A stretch of 62,953 nt of DNA, counting the filler, from a bacterium (GTDB lineage: Bacteria; JAMORN01): assembly GCA_027063545.1 (NCBI GenBank). It is 20 parts of 20 records of this genome, joined end to end, with 100 filler letters (N's around TTAATTAATTAA, not from the genome) between each part and the next. Parts side by side here need not be neighbours in the genome. Positions count along the whole stretch, not along the records: positions 1 to 12,825 come from JAMORN010000017.1; 19 more parts are not named here. One strand, written 5' to 3'. Position 1 is the stretch's first letter, and each line of letters begins with the position of its first letter. The position numbers and the translations under genes were made by a program. Below, in pieces: positions 1 to 9,832 of this stretch. The notes under the pieces are model-generated. The model made no database searches. It was not told the DNA's origin and saw nothing but the letters and a program-made list of their open reading frames with translations.

Positions 1-729
1 ATTTTAGCAATAGCAACTTACCAGATGTATAGAAATGATATAGAAAAGGTTCTTCCAGCAGCATGTTCAATAGAGCTTTTACATACATTTTCTTTAATAC
101 ATGATGATCTTCCAGCAATGGATAATGATGATTTTAGAAGAGGTAAACCTACAAATCATAAGGTTTTTGGAGAGGCAATAGCAATTTTAGCAGGTGATGC
201 GTTGTGTGTAGAGGCTTTTAGAATTTTAGGAAAAACAGGAAATGCTAGGGCTGTAGAATTACTTGGTGAAGCAATAGGTGTTGGAGGTGTAATTAGTGGA
301 CAGGTTGTAGATATTGAAAGTGAGAATAAAGAGGCACCGAAAGAAGAGTTAGAAAAGACATTGGAATTTATTCATTTATATAAAACAGCAGCTTTAATTA
401 GAGCAAGTATTTTAATAGGCGCATTATATGCGGAAGCTCCAGAGGAAGATTTTAAGGTTTTATCAGAATTTGGTAATAAAATAGGCTTAATTTTTCAAAT
501 AGTGGATGATATTTTAGATATTACTTCAACTCCAGAGGTATTAGGAAAAGATGTGGGAAGTGATATAGAAAAAGGAAAACTTACATATCCAAGAGTTTAT
601 GGAATAGAGGCTTCTTATAAAAAAGCGTATCAACTTCTTGATGAAGCTTTAGAACTTTTATTAAAAATAGAAAGAGACACTATAGTTTTAGAAGAGATAG
701 CTAAATTTTTTATTAAAAGAATTAATTAA
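1..729 (+). CDS. ispA: Polyprenyl (geranyl/farnesyl) diphosphate synthase, 5'-truncated
   Basis: FARM and SARM motifs (SLIHDDLPAMDNDDFRRGKPT; FQIVDDILD); directly upstream of dxs; frame open to the window start. Confidence 0.95.
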   Translation: MLAIATYQMYRNDIEKVLPAACSIELLHTFSLIHDDLPAMDNDDFRRGKPTNHKVFGEAIAILAGDALCVEAFRILGKTGNARAVELLGEAIGVGGVISGQVVDIESENKEAPKEELEKTLEFIHLYKTAALIRASILIGALYAEAPEEDFKVLSEFGNKIGLIFQIVDDILDITSTPEVLGKDVGSDIEKGKLTYPRVYGIEASYKKAYQLLDEALELLLKIERDTIVLEEIAKFFIKRIN

Positions 730-792
730 TTTTTTTCTATTTAAGATTTTTTTCTATTTAAGTTAGTTAGATAAAAAAGGAGTATAGTAATA

Positions 793-2652
793 ATGCTATT
801 AGATAAAGTAAAATATCCTGAAGATTTGAAAAAAATAGAAAGAAAAAAGCTTGTAGAATTAGCACAGGAAATAAGAGAAAGAATAATAGAGGTTGTCTCA
901 AAAAATGGAGGCCATCTTGCTCCTTCTTTGGGGGCTGTTGAGCTTTCTATATCACTTTTGTATGTATTTAATCCTCCTAAAGATAAAATTGTTTGGGATG
1001 TGGGACATCAGTCTTATGCATATAAGATTCTAACAGGAAGAAATGATAAATTTGATACAATAAGGCAATATGGAGGGCTTTCAGGGTTTAATAGTATATT
1101 TGAGAGTGAGTATGATTTTTTTACAGTAGGGCATGCTTCTACATCTATTTCTGCAGCTTTAGGAATGGCAAAAGCAAGGGATTTAAAAGGAGAGGATTTT
1201 AAGGTAGTTGCAATAATTGGTGATGGGGCTTTAACAGGAGGGCTTGCTTTAGAAGGATTAAATAATGCAGGAACTTCAAAAACTGATATCATTGTTATTT
1301 TAAACGATAATGGAATGAGTATTTCTCCAAATGTAGGAGCATTATCTCATTATTTAACAAAGGTTATTTCAAATCCCTTATATAATACAGTTAGGATTGA
1401 AATTGATAATTTATTGAACAAAAGTAAAATAGGTGGAAATATTGTAAAAACATTAGATAGATTAGATGGACTTTTAAAAGGGCTTGTTACACCGGGGAGG
1501 TTTTTTGAGGATTTTGGATTTAGGTATTTTGGCCCTATTGATGGACATAATATTGATGAACTTATTGATACATTAGATAATATTAAAAACCTTCCAGGAC
1601 CTAAGATTTTACATATAAAAACAATAAAAGGTAAAGGATATAAACACGCAGAAAAAGATGCAACCAAATTCCATGGTATTTCCTCTTTTGAAAAAGAAAC
1701 AGGAGAGGTAAAGAAAAAGGATAATAAGCTCTCTTATTCTAAGGTAGCAGGAACTATTATCACCAAATTGGGGGAAGAGCATAAGAATATTTCAGTAATT
1801 GTTGCTGCAATGCCTTCTGGTACGGGGACTGATATATTTCAAAAAAGATTTCCAGAAAGATATTTTGATGTTGGTATAGCAGAAGGCCATGCTGTTACAT
1901 TTGCAGGTGGGCTTGCAACCCAAGGTATTCTTCCTTATGTATTCATTTATTCTACTTTTTTACAACGGGCTTATGATGAGATTATTCATGATATTGCTCT
2001 TCAGAATTTAGGGGTTGTTTTTTGTGTAGATAGGGCAGGGCTTGTTGGGGAGGATGGTCCAACCCATCATGGAGTTTTTGATTTAGGTTATTTTGGTATA
2101 GTTCCAAATATAGAGGTATGGGCTCCTACCTCTTTAGAAGAGTTAAGGGATATGTTATATTATAGCTATGAATATATAAAGAAAAATCCACATCCTCTTG
2201 TTATAAGATATCCTAGAGCAAGTGATGATGTTATTGATTTAAATAAAATAGAAAATGTAAGGGATTATAAGCAAGAGGATGTAGTTAAAGAGAATATTAT
2301 CTTAGCAGTAGGTTCTCAATATAAGAATGTATTAGAGGCTGTTTATGATATAGGGGATAAACTAGATGTTATAAGAGTAAATAAGGTATATCCTTTGAAT
2401 GAAGAGTTTTTTGAGAGGGTATTTAGTGTTGGTAAAAGGATAATGGTTGTAGAAGAGGTTGTTCCAAGAGGTAGTTTTGGAGCAAATTTAATTAAGTGGG
2501 CAAAAGAGAAGGGTTTTGATGTAGAAAAATTTAAAGATTTAACTTTGCCTGATGAATTTATTACTCATGGTCCTAGAGATTTACTATTGGAGATTTATGG
2601 ATTAAAGGGTAATAAGTTGAGAGAGAATATAATTCAATTTTTTAGTTTATAA
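793..2652 (+). CDS. dxs: 1-deoxy-D-xylulose-5-phosphate synthase
   Basis: GGHLAPSLG, WDVGHQ, GHASTSIS, TPP motif GDGALTGG...NDN, DRAGLVGEDGPTHHG; AGGAG RBS. Confidence 0.98.
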   Translation: MLLDKVKYPEDLKKIERKKLVELAQEIRERIIEVVSKNGGHLAPSLGAVELSISLLYVFNPPKDKIVWDVGHQSYAYKILTGRNDKFDTIRQYGGLSGFNSIFESEYDFFTVGHASTSISAALGMAKARDLKGEDFKVVAIIGDGALTGGLALEGLNNAGTSKTDIIVILNDNGMSISPNVGALSHYLTKVISNPLYNTVRIEIDNLLNKSKIGGNIVKTLDRLDGLLKGLVTPGRFFEDFGFRYFGPIDGHNIDELIDTLDNIKNLPGPKILHIKTIKGKGYKHAEKDATKFHGISSFEKETGEVKKKDNKLSYSKVAGTIITKLGEEHKNISVIVAAMPSGTGTDIFQKRFPERYFDVGIAEGHAVTFAGGLATQGILPYVFIYSTFLQRAYDEIIHDIALQNLGVVFCVDRAGLVGEDGPTHHGVFDLGYFGIVPNIEVWAPTSLEELRDMLYYSYEYIKKNPHPLVIRYPRASDDVIDLNKIENVRDYKQEDVVKENIILAVGSQYKNVLEAVYDIGDKLDVIRVNKVYPLNEEFFERVFSVGKRIMVVEEVVPRGSFGANLIKWAKEKGFDVEKFKDLTLPDEFITHGPRDLLLEIYGLKGNKLRENIIQFFSL

Positions 2653-2710
2653 GCTCTTTATTTATTCTATTTTTATCCTATATTTAAATAATAAGAAAAA
2701 GGAGTAGAGA

Positions 2711-3715
2711 ATGAGATTTTTACAATTTTTTATTTTATTCTATCTTATTAATATTATAAATATTAAAGCCCAGGATTATTTAGCAAATCAATTACCCCAA
2801 AAAATGACAAATGATAAGTATACATTTAAACTTCAATGGGTGGATGATTTTCCAGATGCTTTTACAAATGGAAGATGGGCTTATGCCACATGGACTTTTG
2901 ACAATAATTTATGTGAATTTAGATATGATAATATTTTAATGACAGATAATGCTTTAAATTTACAAATAACAAAAAAAGTTGATCCTTCTACAACAAGTTA
3001 TCCAGATAAACCATACTGGAGTGGCGATGTATATTCAAAAGAAGAGTATAAGTATGGAAGATTTATTTGTAGAATGAAACCAAATTCTCCTTCAGGTGTT
3101 ATTACATCATTCTTTTTAATTCATATAGATTTTGATGCTAATTGGAATCCAACAGAATGGAGAGAGATAGATATAGAGTTTGTAGGAACAACTGAAAAGG
3201 TTCAATTTACACTTCATTGGATAGATAATGGAGTTCATAATCAGAATCCTAACACTATTAATTTATCTATAGATGTAGAAAATGATTATCATACTTGGAT
3301 AATAGAATGGACACCGGAATATATTAAGTATTATTTAGATGGAGAACTTCTCTTTACTTTTGATGATCCTTATTTAATCTCTCAAGTATCAGAAGGCCCT
3401 CAGAGAATAGAGTTTAATTATTGGGTAAGTAGTGCCACAAGTTGGGCAGGAGAGTTTGATGAGAGTGTTTTACCAATAGAGGCAAGTTATGATTATATTG
3501 CGTATTATAGTTTAGATACAACAACAACATCTATAATAGAAACAAATAATTTAGAATCAAATAAAAATATTCTTCTAAAAAAGGCTAATATTGAGTATTA
3601 TGATATTTTGGGGCGTAGATTATCAACACCACCAAAATCAAATGGGGTTTATTTTAGGGTTTATAAATACCAAAATAAGATTTTAAAAAAAGAGAAATTT
3701 TTAATTATAAACTAA
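2711..3715 (+). CDS. Secreted GH16 beta-glucanase (lichenase-like) with a C-terminal secretion-signal-like tail
   Basis: Signal peptide; WREIDIEF catalytic motif; YHTWIIEWTPEYIKYYLDG; Thr-rich linker then YYDILGRR...GVYF tail resembling T9SS/Fibrobacterota C-terminal domains. Confidence 0.85.
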   Translation: MRFLQFFILFYLINIINIKAQDYLANQLPQKMTNDKYTFKLQWVDDFPDAFTNGRWAYATWTFDNNLCEFRYDNILMTDNALNLQITKKVDPSTTSYPDKPYWSGDVYSKEEYKYGRFICRMKPNSPSGVITSFFLIHIDFDANWNPTEWREIDIEFVGTTEKVQFTLHWIDNGVHNQNPNTINLSIDVENDYHTWIIEWTPEYIKYYLDGELLFTFDDPYLISQVSEGPQRIEFNYWVSSATSWAGEFDESVLPIEASYDYIAYYSLDTTTTSIIETNNLESNKNILLKKANIEYYDILGRRLSTPPKSNGVYFRVYKYQNKILKKEKFLIIN

Positions 3716-3728
3716 GCATTAAATATAT

Positions 3729-4583
3729 ATGAAAATTTTAATAGTTTTCAATAGAAGTAAAATAGAAGAGTTTGTTAAAGAAGGGATTTTTAGTGTTATA
3801 TTAAATGAAGATGAAATTGATTTTTTTCTACTAGAAAAGGATTATGAGATTATATCAAAATTTATAGATAAAGATTTAAAGATTAATATTTTGTCTTCAG
3901 AAGATGGAATTTCTAAAAAAATAGATTTTATTTTTTCAATAGGAGGAGATGGCACAGTTTTAAAAGCTGTAAGAGAAATAAATTATCCTCAAATTCCTAT
4001 AGTTGGTTTAAAAAAAGGAAAACTTGGTTTTTTAACCTTTGATGATATTTATAATATTGATAAGATTATAAAAAAACTTAAAAAAAAGGAGTTTTTTATA
4101 GAAAAACGGAAACTTTTAGAGATAAATTTTAAGGGAAAAAAACAGTTCGCTTTAAATGATGTTGTTATTGAAAGGGAAGATTTGGCACGTATGATTCATA
4201 TAAATGTTTATGTAAATGGGGAGTTTTTTACAACCTATTATTCTAATGGTATAATAATTTCCACACCAACAGGTTCAACAGCTTATAATCTTTCAGCAGG
4301 AGGCCCTATTACATCTCCAGAACTTGATTGTTTTATTTTAACACCTATTTGTCCCCATTCTTTGATTCATAGACCTATAATTTTTGATAAAAAAACAACT
4401 TTATCCTTTAAAACCTTAGATAAAAATATAGATCCTGTATTAACTTTAGATGGACAGGTTGCTAAAAGAATAAAAGAAAATGATAAAATTGAAATTACTC
4501 TTTCTGAAAAATATATTTTATTAGTAAGGGATCTTTCTCAAAAATTTCCTTTTGTATTAAAGGAAAAGTTTGATTGGAGATAG
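3729..4583 (+). CDS. nadK: NAD kinase
   Basis: GGDGT, GKLGFL, ALND, STPTGSTAYNLSAGGP; upstream of recN. Confidence 0.95.
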   Translation: MKILIVFNRSKIEEFVKEGIFSVILNEDEIDFFLLEKDYEIISKFIDKDLKINILSSEDGISKKIDFIFSIGGDGTVLKAVREINYPQIPIVGLKKGKLGFLTFDDIYNIDKIIKKLKKKEFFIEKRKLLEINFKGKKQFALNDVVIEREDLARMIHINVYVNGEFFTTYYSNGIIISTPTGSTAYNLSAGGPITSPELDCFILTPICPHSLIHRPIIFDKKTTLSFKTLDKNIDPVLTLDGQVAKRIKENDKIEITLSEKYILLVRDLSQKFPFVLKEKFDWR

Positions 4584-4588
4584 TTTTT

Positions 4589-6259
4589 ATGCTTGAAAGG
4601 GTTAGAATTAAAAATTTTACTATAATAGATGATTTGGAGGTTGAGTTTTCAAAAGGCTTAAATATTTTAACAGGGGAAACTGGAGCAGGTAAATCTATAA
4701 TTATAGATGCTATAGAGATTGCTTTAGGTGCTAAATTTGATAGTTCTTTAATCAGAAAAGGAGAAGACCAGGGCTTTATAGAACTTGAATTTATTGATTA
4801 TCCGAAAGAGGTTTCTTTGATTCTTAAAGATTTAATGATAGAAGAAGATGACTCTTTGATAATAAGAAGGGTATTTGAAAGAGAAGGTAGGACAAAGTTT
4901 TTTATTAATTCTCAGAAAGTGTCTTCAACTATTATTAAATCATTAAAGGATTATTTAATAGATATAGTTAGCCAGCACTATACAATTAAACTTTTTAACA
5001 AAGATTTTCAACTTATTATTTTTGATTTAATAGCAGGTTTGGAGGATTTAAAGAAAGAGGTTTCAGAGATTTACTTAAAATTAGAGAAAAAAAAGCGGGA
5101 ATATCAAAAATTATTAGAGAATATAAAAGATATAGAAGCAAAAAAAGAATTTTATGAGTTTCAATTAAAGGAGTTTGAAGAAATTTCTATTGATGATATA
5201 AATGAAGAGGAGTTTTATAGGGAACTTAATTTTTACAAAAATTATCAGAAAAATATAGATATAATAGTTCAAATTAAGAGTTTAATAGAGAATGAGGAGT
5301 TTTCTTTAAGTTCTCATCTATCTAATTTGAGTAAAAATATTTCTAAATTAAGTATAGAAAAAAAGGATTATTATCTAGAAAAGATTGATGAATTTATTGA
5401 TATAATATCAGAATTAGAAAAGGAACTAGATATAGATTTAGATATTTCGCCAGAAGAGGTTGAGGAAAGATTTAATAATCTTCAGAAGATAGCGATAAAG
5501 TTAGAGGATTTAAAAGTAAAGTATGAAAAAGATAATGTTGAAGAGCTAAAAGAGTTAAAAAAAGATATAGAGGAAAAACTAAATTCTATTGGTTCTTTTG
5601 AGATTGATAAAAAGAGAATAGAAGAGGAGTTAGAAAAAATAGAAAAAGAGTATATAGAAAAAGCAACTCTTTTATCTAAAAAAAGAAAAGAAAAATCTAA
5701 AGAGATAGAAAAAACTATAACAAAATCTTTAAGAGAGTTATCAATGCCTTATGCGGAGATTGTTTTTAAGATAGAGGAGAGGGGAAGTTTTTCAAAAGAT
5801 GGTATTGATGAACTGGAGATTTTAATAAAAACAAATAAAGGAGAGGATTTTAAGCCTTTATCAAAGATTGCTTCAGGTGGAGAATTGTCAAGGGTTATGC
5901 TTGTTTTGAAGGAGTTTTATATAAAGAAATTAAACATACCAACAGTTGTTTTTGATGAGATTGATACAGGAATAGGAGGAGAGACAGCCTCTAAGGTTGG
6001 AGAGCATTTAAGAAATTTAGGAAATTTTTCACAGGTTTTTGTTATAACTCATTTCTCACAGATTGCAGTAAAGGGGGATATCCATTTTAAAGTGGAAAAA
6101 GTGGAAGATAAAGAAAAAGTAGCAACATTTATTAAACAGCTAGATAAAAAAGATAGAATTGTAGAACTAGCTAGGATGATGGGTGATTCTAAAAACAAAG
6201 ATTTTATAGAAACAGCAAAGTCATTACTTGAAAAGGAGAAAAGTTATGAAAAAATTTAG
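4589..6259 (+). CDS. recN: DNA repair protein RecN
   Basis: LTGETGAGKS, coiled coil, ASGGELSR, FDEIDTGIGG, ITH; ATG at 4589 preferred. Confidence 0.96.
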   Translation: MLERVRIKNFTIIDDLEVEFSKGLNILTGETGAGKSIIIDAIEIALGAKFDSSLIRKGEDQGFIELEFIDYPKEVSLILKDLMIEEDDSLIIRRVFEREGRTKFFINSQKVSSTIIKSLKDYLIDIVSQHYTIKLFNKDFQLIIFDLIAGLEDLKKEVSEIYLKLEKKKREYQKLLENIKDIEAKKEFYEFQLKEFEEISIDDINEEEFYRELNFYKNYQKNIDIIVQIKSLIENEEFSLSSHLSNLSKNISKLSIEKKDYYLEKIDEFIDIISELEKELDIDLDISPEEVEERFNNLQKIAIKLEDLKVKYEKDNVEELKELKKDIEEKLNSIGSFEIDKKRIEEELEKIEKEYIEKATLLSKKRKEKSKEIEKTITKSLRELSMPYAEIVFKIEERGSFSKDGIDELEILIKTNKGEDFKPLSKIASGGELSRVMLVLKEFYIKKLNIPTVVFDEIDTGIGGETASKVGEHLRNLGNFSQVFVITHFSQIAVKGDIHFKVEKVEDKEKVATFIKQLDKKDRIVELARMMGDSKNKDFIETAKSLLEKEKSYEKI

Positions 6260-7727
6260 TTATTTTATTTCATTTCTATTTATAATAGTATTTTTATCCT
6301 CTTGTGTTTCTGTAAATGTGGAGGAGCAATTTATAACAGTTGTTGATTCTTCTATTTATTATAATGATACAATAAGAAGTATAATAGGTCCTGATACTGT
6401 ATATATTTCTCCTTATTATATAGCAAAACAGGAAGAGATGCCATGGGCTTATTTACTTTTAAAGATATACTCTGTTTATCAAGATAAAGTTCCAGAGGAT
6501 TATGTATATTATATAGATGCTAGGAAGATGTATGAAACAATTGGAGATCCTTTTACATTTTATGTTCCTTACTATATGTTAGAAGATTATTTATCATGGT
6601 TTGAAGTAGAACAGAGTAAGTTATTTGGTATTCAGGTAGGTGTATATAATGATACTGTATTTGTGGTAAAAGTCCTTCCAAATTCTCCAGCAGATTTAAG
6701 TGGATTAAAATCAGGAGATAAAATATTAGAGGTAAATGGTTATCCAGTAAAAGGTGATTTATCTTTATTTCAGTTTTTAACACAAGATGATGATATTGAT
6801 TATAGTTTTGTTATAAAAAGGGATAATATTATAGATACAATAGACATATACAAAGATTTATATTCTATTCCAGTGTGTTATAGTGATTCAATAACACCTG
6901 ATATTGGCTATATTTATTTATCTACATTTATAGCAGATTCTCAAACAGATGGTGGTTCAACTTCTGAACAATTAAAAAAGGCATTAGAAGAAACAGAAAA
7001 ATTTAAAGTTGTTATTCTTGATTTAAGAGGAAATCCAGGAGGATATATAACAGAAGCTCAGAATAGTGCTTCTTTATTTTTAGATCCAGGCGATACTATT
7101 ATAAAAGAGGTATATAGGGATTATGATACAACCTCATATACAGAAATAAAAGGTGTTTGGGGGGAGAGTTATTTAACAGCACCTGATTCTCCGGAAACAG
7201 GTCTTTTTAAGGATAGAAAAATAGTTTTATTAGCAGATGGAGGTACTGCTTCTGCTAGTGAAATTTTAATAACAGCACTTAGGTATAATAAAGGTTATCC
7301 TTTAGTAGGTCAAACTACTTATGGGAAAGGCATAGGCCAAGGTTCTTTTATAAATGATTTACTTCACTCAGCAGCACATATAACTATGATAAAGTTATAT
7401 ACTCCAGCAGGAGATTCTTATCATCAAGTAGGTATAGAACCAGATTACCCTGTTGATAGTTTATACGATAATTTTCAGGATTTAGAACTGTTAACTGCTA
7501 TAAAGGTGGCTGATTCTATAGTAAAGGCAGAAAGTGGGGTTTTGGCAAAACTATCTTCTACATCCATAACAGAGGATCCTTGGATAAATTTAAAGGTTGA
7601 AGGAATAAATTATTTTAATAGTTTATATAAAAGGTTAAGCCCTAAGAAAATTGCAGAATTAGGATTTTTAAAGGTACCAGATATTCTTGATCCTATTAAT
7701 CTAAGTAAAATAGAGAGCCTAAAATAA
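6246..7727 (+). CDS. S41 (CtpA-like) peptidase lipoprotein with PDZ domain
   Basis: Lipobox LSSC; PDZ (PNSPA..GLKSGDKIL.VNG); LDLRGNPGG, TASASE, TTYGKG, GIEPD. Confidence 0.9.
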   Translation: MKKFSYFISFLFIIVFLSSCVSVNVEEQFITVVDSSIYYNDTIRSIIGPDTVYISPYYIAKQEEMPWAYLLLKIYSVYQDKVPEDYVYYIDARKMYETIGDPFTFYVPYYMLEDYLSWFEVEQSKLFGIQVGVYNDTVFVVKVLPNSPADLSGLKSGDKILEVNGYPVKGDLSLFQFLTQDDDIDYSFVIKRDNIIDTIDIYKDLYSIPVCYSDSITPDIGYIYLSTFIADSQTDGGSTSEQLKKALEETEKFKVVILDLRGNPGGYITEAQNSASLFLDPGDTIIKEVYRDYDTTSYTEIKGVWGESYLTAPDSPETGLFKDRKIVLLADGGTASASEILITALRYNKGYPLVGQTTYGKGIGQGSFINDLLHSAAHITMIKLYTPAGDSYHQVGIEPDYPVDSLYDNFQDLELLTAIKVADSIVKAESGVLAKLSSTSITEDPWINLKVEGINYFNSLYKRLSPKKIAELGFLKVPDILDPINLSKIESLK

Positions 7728-8466
7728 AAGATGAGAAAACAATAGGTGCTATTTTACTTCTTATGATTGTTTTAGAGAAGGTTAGATAAAATAGTTTATC
7801 TTTTGGGATAATATTTGAAAAGATTTCTATATCTTTTTGGGAAAAGCCGCTTTCAGGCCCTATAATAAGAAGAATGTTTTTGAATTTTTTTTTAGGTTTA
7901 AATAATTTTTCTTCTGGAGGGTTTGGATCTGCTATAATTATAGTATCAAAAGATGAAAAGAATTCAGGAGATAGTTTTTTTATTTCTTTTGGGTTATTTA
8001 GGTGAGGAAAGTAAAGCCTTTTGTTTTGACGAATAGATTCTTTTATAATAGTTTTGCCTTTTTTTTGAAGGAATTTCAAAGAGTATTCTTTTGAAAATTC
8101 TGTTAGTATTGGAAAAAATTCTATAATATCTGTTTGAGTTGAGTAATCAAGAATATCTCTAATAGTTTCTTTCTCACCAATAGAGAACATAAGGGATATT
8201 TTAATATTGTTTTTTGGTATAAATTTTTCGGTTATATCATCAATTATTTTAACTTCAATAGAGGATTTTTTTATAAATACTATCTGAGTTAGAAAGATTT
8301 GGTTTTTAGTAATAAGATGAAGTTCTATTAAATCATCGGGTTTTGCTCTAATAACCTTTAAAAATTGAAGTTCTACCTCATCAAGTTTGATAGAGGTTAT
8401 TTGATTTTTACTAAAACAAAAATCACCTTCAATAAAAATTCTTGGAGTAAATTTTTCCCTTGGCAT
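7696..8466 (-). CDS. rsmE: 16S rRNA m3U1498 methyltransferase, divergent
   Basis: KVIR...D.I.L N-terminus, ESIRQNKR, LIIGPESGFS..D, IIRSKIA; motifs degenerate but in the RsmE order. Confidence 0.75.
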   Translation of the reverse strand: MPREKFTPRIFIEGDFCFSKNQITSIKLDEVELQFLKVIRAKPDDLIELHLITKNQIFLTQIVFIKKSSIEVKIIDDITEKFIPKNNIKISLMFSIGEKETIRDILDYSTQTDIIEFFPILTEFSKEYSLKFLQKKGKTIIKESIRQNKRLYFPHLNNPKEIKKLSPEFFSSFDTIIIADPNPPEEKLFKPKKKFKNILLIIGPESGFSQKDIEIFSNIIPKDKLFYLTFSKTIIRSKIAPIVFSSFILGSLFYLD

Positions 8467-8494
8467 TTATAAAAAAATAAGTTTTTAAAAAGAT

Positions 8495-9482
8495 TTAAAA
8501 AAAAGTATTTTCCTCTTTATACTTTTCCCAAAAATTTTTTACTTTATACTCTTCAAATGAGCAATAGTATGTTTTTCTTAACTTAGCTATTGTTAAGTTA
8601 ATATCTATATTTTCTTTATCAGAAAGTCCTTTCTCTTCGATAAAATTTTTAAAAAGCTTATATTTTTTTCATATTAAGATATAGATTAGAGTTTGTAGGA
8701 ATTCTTTAAGGATATGCAAAAACTTTATTGTTAGAAAATGTTTTTAAAAATTTTATAGTGTTTTTAAGGGAATTGAGTGTTTGGTTTGGTATTCCAAAGA
8801 TTATATTTGAAAAATAATTTATATTATTTTCATTCAAAAATTCTAAAACCTTTTTATTATTTCTTATTTCTATATTATTCACTCTATTTAAAATAACCAT
8901 TTCTTTTTTATTTATAGATTGAATGCCTATTTTTAAGTTTATTTTATTTTTTATATGTAGTTAGAAGATCTTTTAAAATAGGATACTTAAATAGTTCAGT
9001 CTTTACTTGTAATGTTAGATTTCCTTAACAGAGGAATTATTTAATTTTTTTTATCTCATTTTTTATTAAATCCACAACAGATTTTTCAGCATAACCTAAT
9101 ATGAAGTAATCAACATTTTTATATTCTTTTATTAAAGTATTTAAAGGAGAAGAGAAACTTCATAGCCTCCTAACACAATTTTATCTTTATAACTATAATT
9201 TTTAATTTCTTTTACTATTCTACGTGTTGAATTTTAGTCCAAGCATAAAGAGAGATTAATATATAATCATTTATGTTATGAAGAAAAGAATTGTTAAATT
9301 TATTTGCAATATCTTCTTCTATAATTTTTTGTTCTACTCCTATATATTTATTAAATTAAATGAATAAAATAGTCGTAAAATATATTGTTTCGTTTTATAT
9401 TTGCCATTATAGAGGCAAGCCCTAGTGAGATTTTTGGATATTCGTTTTTTAAAAAATCGAAATTTATTATTAATATTTTCAT
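8495..9482 (-). pseudogene. Cobalamin-binding radical SAM protein, multiply disrupted
   Basis: Manual translation from AGGAG-ATG at 9482 across frameshifts: MKILIINFDF..YPKISLGLASIMAN / ISLYAW / KIVLGGYEVS / VDYFILGYAEKS (B12-binding pattern), then LKIGIQS..LNR / IIFGIPNQT..S..NT..F / AYP*RIP (radical SAM barrel C-half). No CxxxCxxC segment found. ORF 8706-8900 is one fragment. Confidence 0.8.
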
Positions 9483-9509
9483 TTTTTACTTCTCCTAGAG
9501 AGTTTTATT

Positions 9510-9811
9510 TTATTTGTTTTTAGTATGGTATCTATTGGGTTTTTTATTAATTCTATCATTTGCCCAAAATACTGTTATTAACCTATTATCTCCTAGTACA
9601 ATAACAATGGAGTTATAATTCTTTTTTAATAGACTATCTTTTAACTTTTTGTCTTTTATATTCTTTTTTATTTGTTTTTTCCCAAATATTATTCTATTTG
9701 GGTTATTAGGTAACTTCTCACCTAATATAAAGCTAATTCTATAAGTTTATTAGGAATTCTTCTATGAAGTTTTCTGTAGATAAAGTGATTAGTTTCTTTT
9801 AGATTTTCCAT
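9510..9811 (-). pseudogene. Small DUF4258-like (BECR/RelE-fold-like) protein, one frameshift
   Basis: GGAGG RBS then MENLKETNHFIYRKLHRRIPNKLIELAL, frameshift near 9725-9730, then LGEKLPNNPNRIIFG...SIVIVLGDNRLITVFWAN...TAA; 302 nt fits a 1-nt deletion; TxHxxxR...R.I and ITV(F/Y) pattern. Confidence 0.6.
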
Positions 9812-9832
9812 TTTTCCCCTCCATTTCTTTAT

